A stretch of DNA of 64,000 nt from a virus. The notes under the pieces were generated by a model. That model saw only the letters and a list, made by a program, of their open reading frames with translations, did no database searches and was not told the DNA's origin. Shown piece after piece: positions 61,307-64,000 of this stretch; the first letter of the stretch is position 1, and every line of letters starts with the position of its first letter. The DNA lies in IMG/VR virus record IMGVR_UViG_3300026484_000105, positions 1 through 64,000 of that record. The stretch is one strand, 5' to 3'. Made by a program: the position numbers and the translations under genes.

Positions 61307-62068
61307 TTAACATGGATCAGGTGGACTGGTTTTACTTCCGATTGACTCTGGGTGTACGTGAGTATGTCCTATGTCCCTATCATTATGCTTAATGCAAGAA
61401 CCGAATATATGGAATTGCGGTACATTGAATGTAGCCTTTGGAGCATTAAGTACAACCTCTTTCTTAAAGTTGGCAGTTAAAGTATCCTTAGCACTGTCAA
61501 ATACAATACTGTTACCTCTACCATCTTCCATCTTTATATTGCCTGCTTTGGTATCAATACTTATATCATATGTGGTTAACTCACCATCATTATCAGATGT
61601 ATGTAACTGTACTTTTTTATTAATTGTATCTATTAAAGTCCAGTACGTGTTATTATCATGTAGGTCTTCCTTAAATACACCAGTATTACTATAGTAATTC
61701 TTAACCTTCTCTTGTCTTCTCAGATCGAATTCATTATACATAGTTGTCCAGAAGAATTCATCCGTATCTGTATATCTATATATTTGGACCTGCTCACCTT
61801 TCTTTACATTAGGAGCATATACTCTATTACTATAAAGTAATGGTATCCATTTTGCTTTTATACTTACACCTTTCCTAAGTATAATAACTTCAGTCTCTTC
61901 ATCAACATTAACGCATGTATTTGGCAATATATCTTTATAATTTATATCACCATCTATATGGGTCATATTCTCTAATGGGAAACATTCTATAATATCATCA
62001 TCTTCTATGATATCTTTAGCTACTATAGCCACTGAGTATCTAGTAAATTTACTAGGTCCATCATACAT
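61307..62068 (-). CDS. baseplate central spike protein (phiKZ gp164-like)
   Basis: AKWIP...RVYAPNVKKGEQV.IYRY; beta-helix-like repeats; C-terminal HTHVH metal-binding apex motif. Confidence 0.75.
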   Translation of the reverse strand: MYDGPSKFTRYSVAIVAKDIIEDDDIIECFPLENMTHIDGDINYKDILPNTCVNVDEETEVIILRKGVSIKAKWIPLLYSNRVYAPNVKKGEQVQIYRYTDTDEFFWTTMYNEFDLRRQEKVKNYYSNTGVFKEDLHDNNTYWTLIDTINKKVQLHTSDNDGELTTYDISIDTKAGNIKMEDGRGNSIVFDSAKDTLTANFKKEVVLNAPKATFNVPQFHIFGSCIKHNDRDIGHTHVHPESIGSKTSPPDPC

Positions 62069-62127
62069 CAAATCTCCTTACTTTTAAAATTATCATTAAA
62101 ATGTTATGGGTAAAAAAGAAAAAAAGG

Positions 62128-62154
62128 GACTAAGTAGCAAATGGCTACTTAGTC
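62128..62154 (-). terminator. intrinsic terminator
   Basis: GACTAAGTAGC-AAATG-GCTACTTAGTC followed by a long U-tract on the minus strand. Confidence 0.8.
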
Positions 62155-62493
62155 TAAGCTTATTTTCAACCCTTCACATTCCTTGTTCCATACCCTTACG
62201 AATTCATTTATGAATCCCTCAGTTGTATTAAACAACTTCATTATCTCTTCTGCATCAGCTGGCTCAACTTGTGCGATTCTATACTCTGTAATTGTAAGGA
62301 CCTCACGATTATCATCTATCTCTGTATCACACATAATGATTAAACGATCGCCTTCACTACACACTTCATCTTCTATCCAGAAATCAGGTATAGAGTAATC
62401 CCCAGTTATTTCGCCGTTATCAATTTTTCTGTTGTACGACGCGCTCTTTATAATCAGGTCTCTGATCCTTGTTAGTGATAAAATAGTTTTCAT
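62149..62493 (-). CDS. hypothetical early protein
   Basis: ATG at 62493 with AAGGAG SD; own promoter and terminator. Confidence 0.7.
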   Translation of the reverse strand: MKTILSLTRIRDLIIKSASYNRKIDNGEITGDYSIPDFWIEDEVCSEGDRLIIMCDTEIDDNREVLTITEYRIAQVEPADAEEIMKLFNTTEGFINEFVRVWNKECEGLKISLD

Positions 62494-62546
62494 AATTACT
62501 CCTTGTGTTAGAGGTACCTCTTGGATACTTAACAAAATTATGTCTT

Positions 62547-62597
62547 GATACTACCATGTATCTATCAATATAATATATAATTGAATTATATTGGAAA
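62547..62597 (-). promoter_or_regulatory. putative early promoter plus 5' hairpin, copy 5
   Basis: Minus strand TTTCCA-N14-TATATTAT-N5-TAGATAC-ATGGTA-GTATC. Confidence 0.72.
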
Positions 62598-62655
62598 CCT
62601 ATTTTTTAGTTTTTTAAAGGTAAACAATAAAATGAATATTAATTAAGGATCTACA

Positions 62656-64000
62656 ATGTATATAAAGAAATTAGTTTTAAAAGGATATAAACGACTATTT
62701 TTAGCTTTTATAAACAAACTTGAATTCACACCAGAGAAAAGAATAAATATCATTGTTGGTAAAAATGGTAGTGGTAAATCTAGTACACTTAAAGAACTGA
62801 CTCCCATACCAGCTAATATAAATAAAGATTATGAGGATGGTGGTTATAAAGAAATAGTTCTAGAACATAATAATAAAACGTATCATTTAACATCAGGTTT
62901 AATTGGTAAAAACAAACATAGTTTTTTAGTAGATAATGAAGAACTCAATCCAGCAGGAACAAGAAAGGTGCAACTGATACTGGTTAAGGAACACTTTAAT
63001 GTTACTCCTGACATACACGATGTACTTATAGGTCTTAAAAACTTTACAGATATGTCTGTTAAAGAACGTAAAGATTGGCTAACTAATATATCTACAGTAG
63101 ATTATACATACGCAATCTCTGTATTTAACAAATTGAAACAAAGAAACAGAGATATAATAGGAGCATTAAAAATATCCCAGTCGGAATTATCCAAAACTTC
63201 AGATGGTATAAAAAGCGACGAGGAGCTAAAAAAGATAGAAGACGAGCTATCTATCCTAAAAGAATTATTAATGGTTTCTACGGCATCTAAAACGTCTTTA
63301 ACAGGTGATATAGAAATTGATGAAGAAACAATAAGACAAATATGTAAAGATGCTAATAAAATCATTAGTAAGATAGTTAAACCAAAAGGATTATCCAAGG
63401 ATATTAATATAGAAACGTTAATAGCTATAGATAAAACAGAAATAGAAACTATTGAAAAGAATATAGAGAAAACTAATAAAGTACTCAAAGAGCTATCTTT
63501 TATAGAGGATAACAAAGAGAAATCCTCAGCCAATATAATAAGCGATAAGCTCTCTTTGATAGAAAGAGAGATAAAGGTATTGGAGGAAAGTATGATTGTA
63601 CCAATCCCCCTTAAAGAGATAACTGACACTCATAATTATTTTAGTTATATCTATCAGGATTTAGTATCTTTAATTACTGTCGTAGTAGATAATACATTTG
63701 ATGAATATAATAAGACTAACCATGATACTGATGTTGCCAAGAAGATAAACTTAGAAAGTAAAGTATCTGATAAAAAATCTTTACTAAATAAGTTAGAGGT
63801 ACAATTAGCGACAATGGTACATAACAGAGATCATAATGAAGTAACCTGTACCAAATGTAATAATATATGGTCAATAGGGTATGATAAAAAAGAACATAAA
63901 TATATCTTAAGAAAGATAGAAGAAGTAAATAGGACCATCACTTCTATGGAAGCTGAGATTAAAAAACTAGAAGATACTTTAAAATTCTTTATAAATAAAA
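62656..64000 (+). CDS. sbcC: SbcC/Rad50-like SMC ATPase (phiKZ gp165-like), truncated by the window end, absent from the ORF track
   Basis: MYIKKLVLKGYKR...IIVGKNGSGKSS Walker A; coiled coil; in-frame zinc hook VTCTKC at 63841. Confidence 0.88.
   Translation, partial: MYIKKLVLKGYKRLFLAFINKLEFTPEKRINIIVGKNGSGKSSTLKELTPIPANINKDYEDGGYKEIVLEHNNKTYHLTSGLIGKNKHSFLVDNEELNPAGTRKVQLILVKEHFNVTPDIHDVLIGLKNFTDMSVKERKDWLTNISTVDYTYAISVFNKLKQRNRDIIGALKISQSELSKTSDGIKSDEELKKIEDELSILKELLMVSTASKTSLTGDIEIDEETIRQICKDANKIISKIVKPKGLSKDINIETLIAIDKTEIETIEKNIEKTNKVLKELSFIEDNKEKSSANIISDKLSLIEREIKVLEESMIVPIPLKEITDTHNYFSYIYQDLVSLITVVVDNTFDEYNKTNHDTDVAKKINLESKVSDKKSLLNKLEVQLATMVHNRDHNEVTCTKCNNIWSIGYDKKEHKYILRKIEEVNRTITSMEAEIKKLEDTLKFFINK

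Noticed and set aside
1-64000. CRISPR array, tRNAs, chimallin or major capsid gene
   Set aside because: I saw no regularly spaced direct repeats, no cloverleaf/T-loop signatures and no ORF I recognise as ChmA or capsid; tRNAscan and HMM searches would be decisive.

Overview
AT-rich segment of a phiKZ-like (Chimalliviridae-type) jumbo myophage genome. Core genes I can support: split family-B DNA polymerase catalytic subunit, PhuZ tubulin, large terminase, tail sheath and tube, gp175-type head protease, virion RNA polymerase beta (gp178-like) and beta' (gp180-like) subunits, a 2491-aa gp181-like tail protein, RuvC, a two-component spanin, a central spike and an SbcC ATPase that runs off the window end. 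Main result: both virion RNAP genes are interrupted by group I introns whose splice junctions can be read directly. A 561-nt ORF-less intron sits in beta (DDPKR-L/NFINIQNSH). A 1999-nt intron falls inside the Phe codon of the catalytic D-F-D-G-D motif of beta'; its P1 loop encodes a homing endonuclease with five Zn-binding repeats and a Vsr/EDxHD-type nuclease domain. Accessory content includes probable anti-defence genes (Apyc1-like MBL hydrolase, possible Acb4-like sponge), a Campylobacterota-like LigA (host clue), RecJ, an M16 peptidase and a paralogous FN3-like cluster. Regulatory signals include five copies of an early-promoter-plus-5'-hairpin element, a positionally conserved AATGA late motif and a five-hairpin leader. 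Family assignments come from motif recognition and recall; no database search was run. Chimallin itself is not visible in this window.
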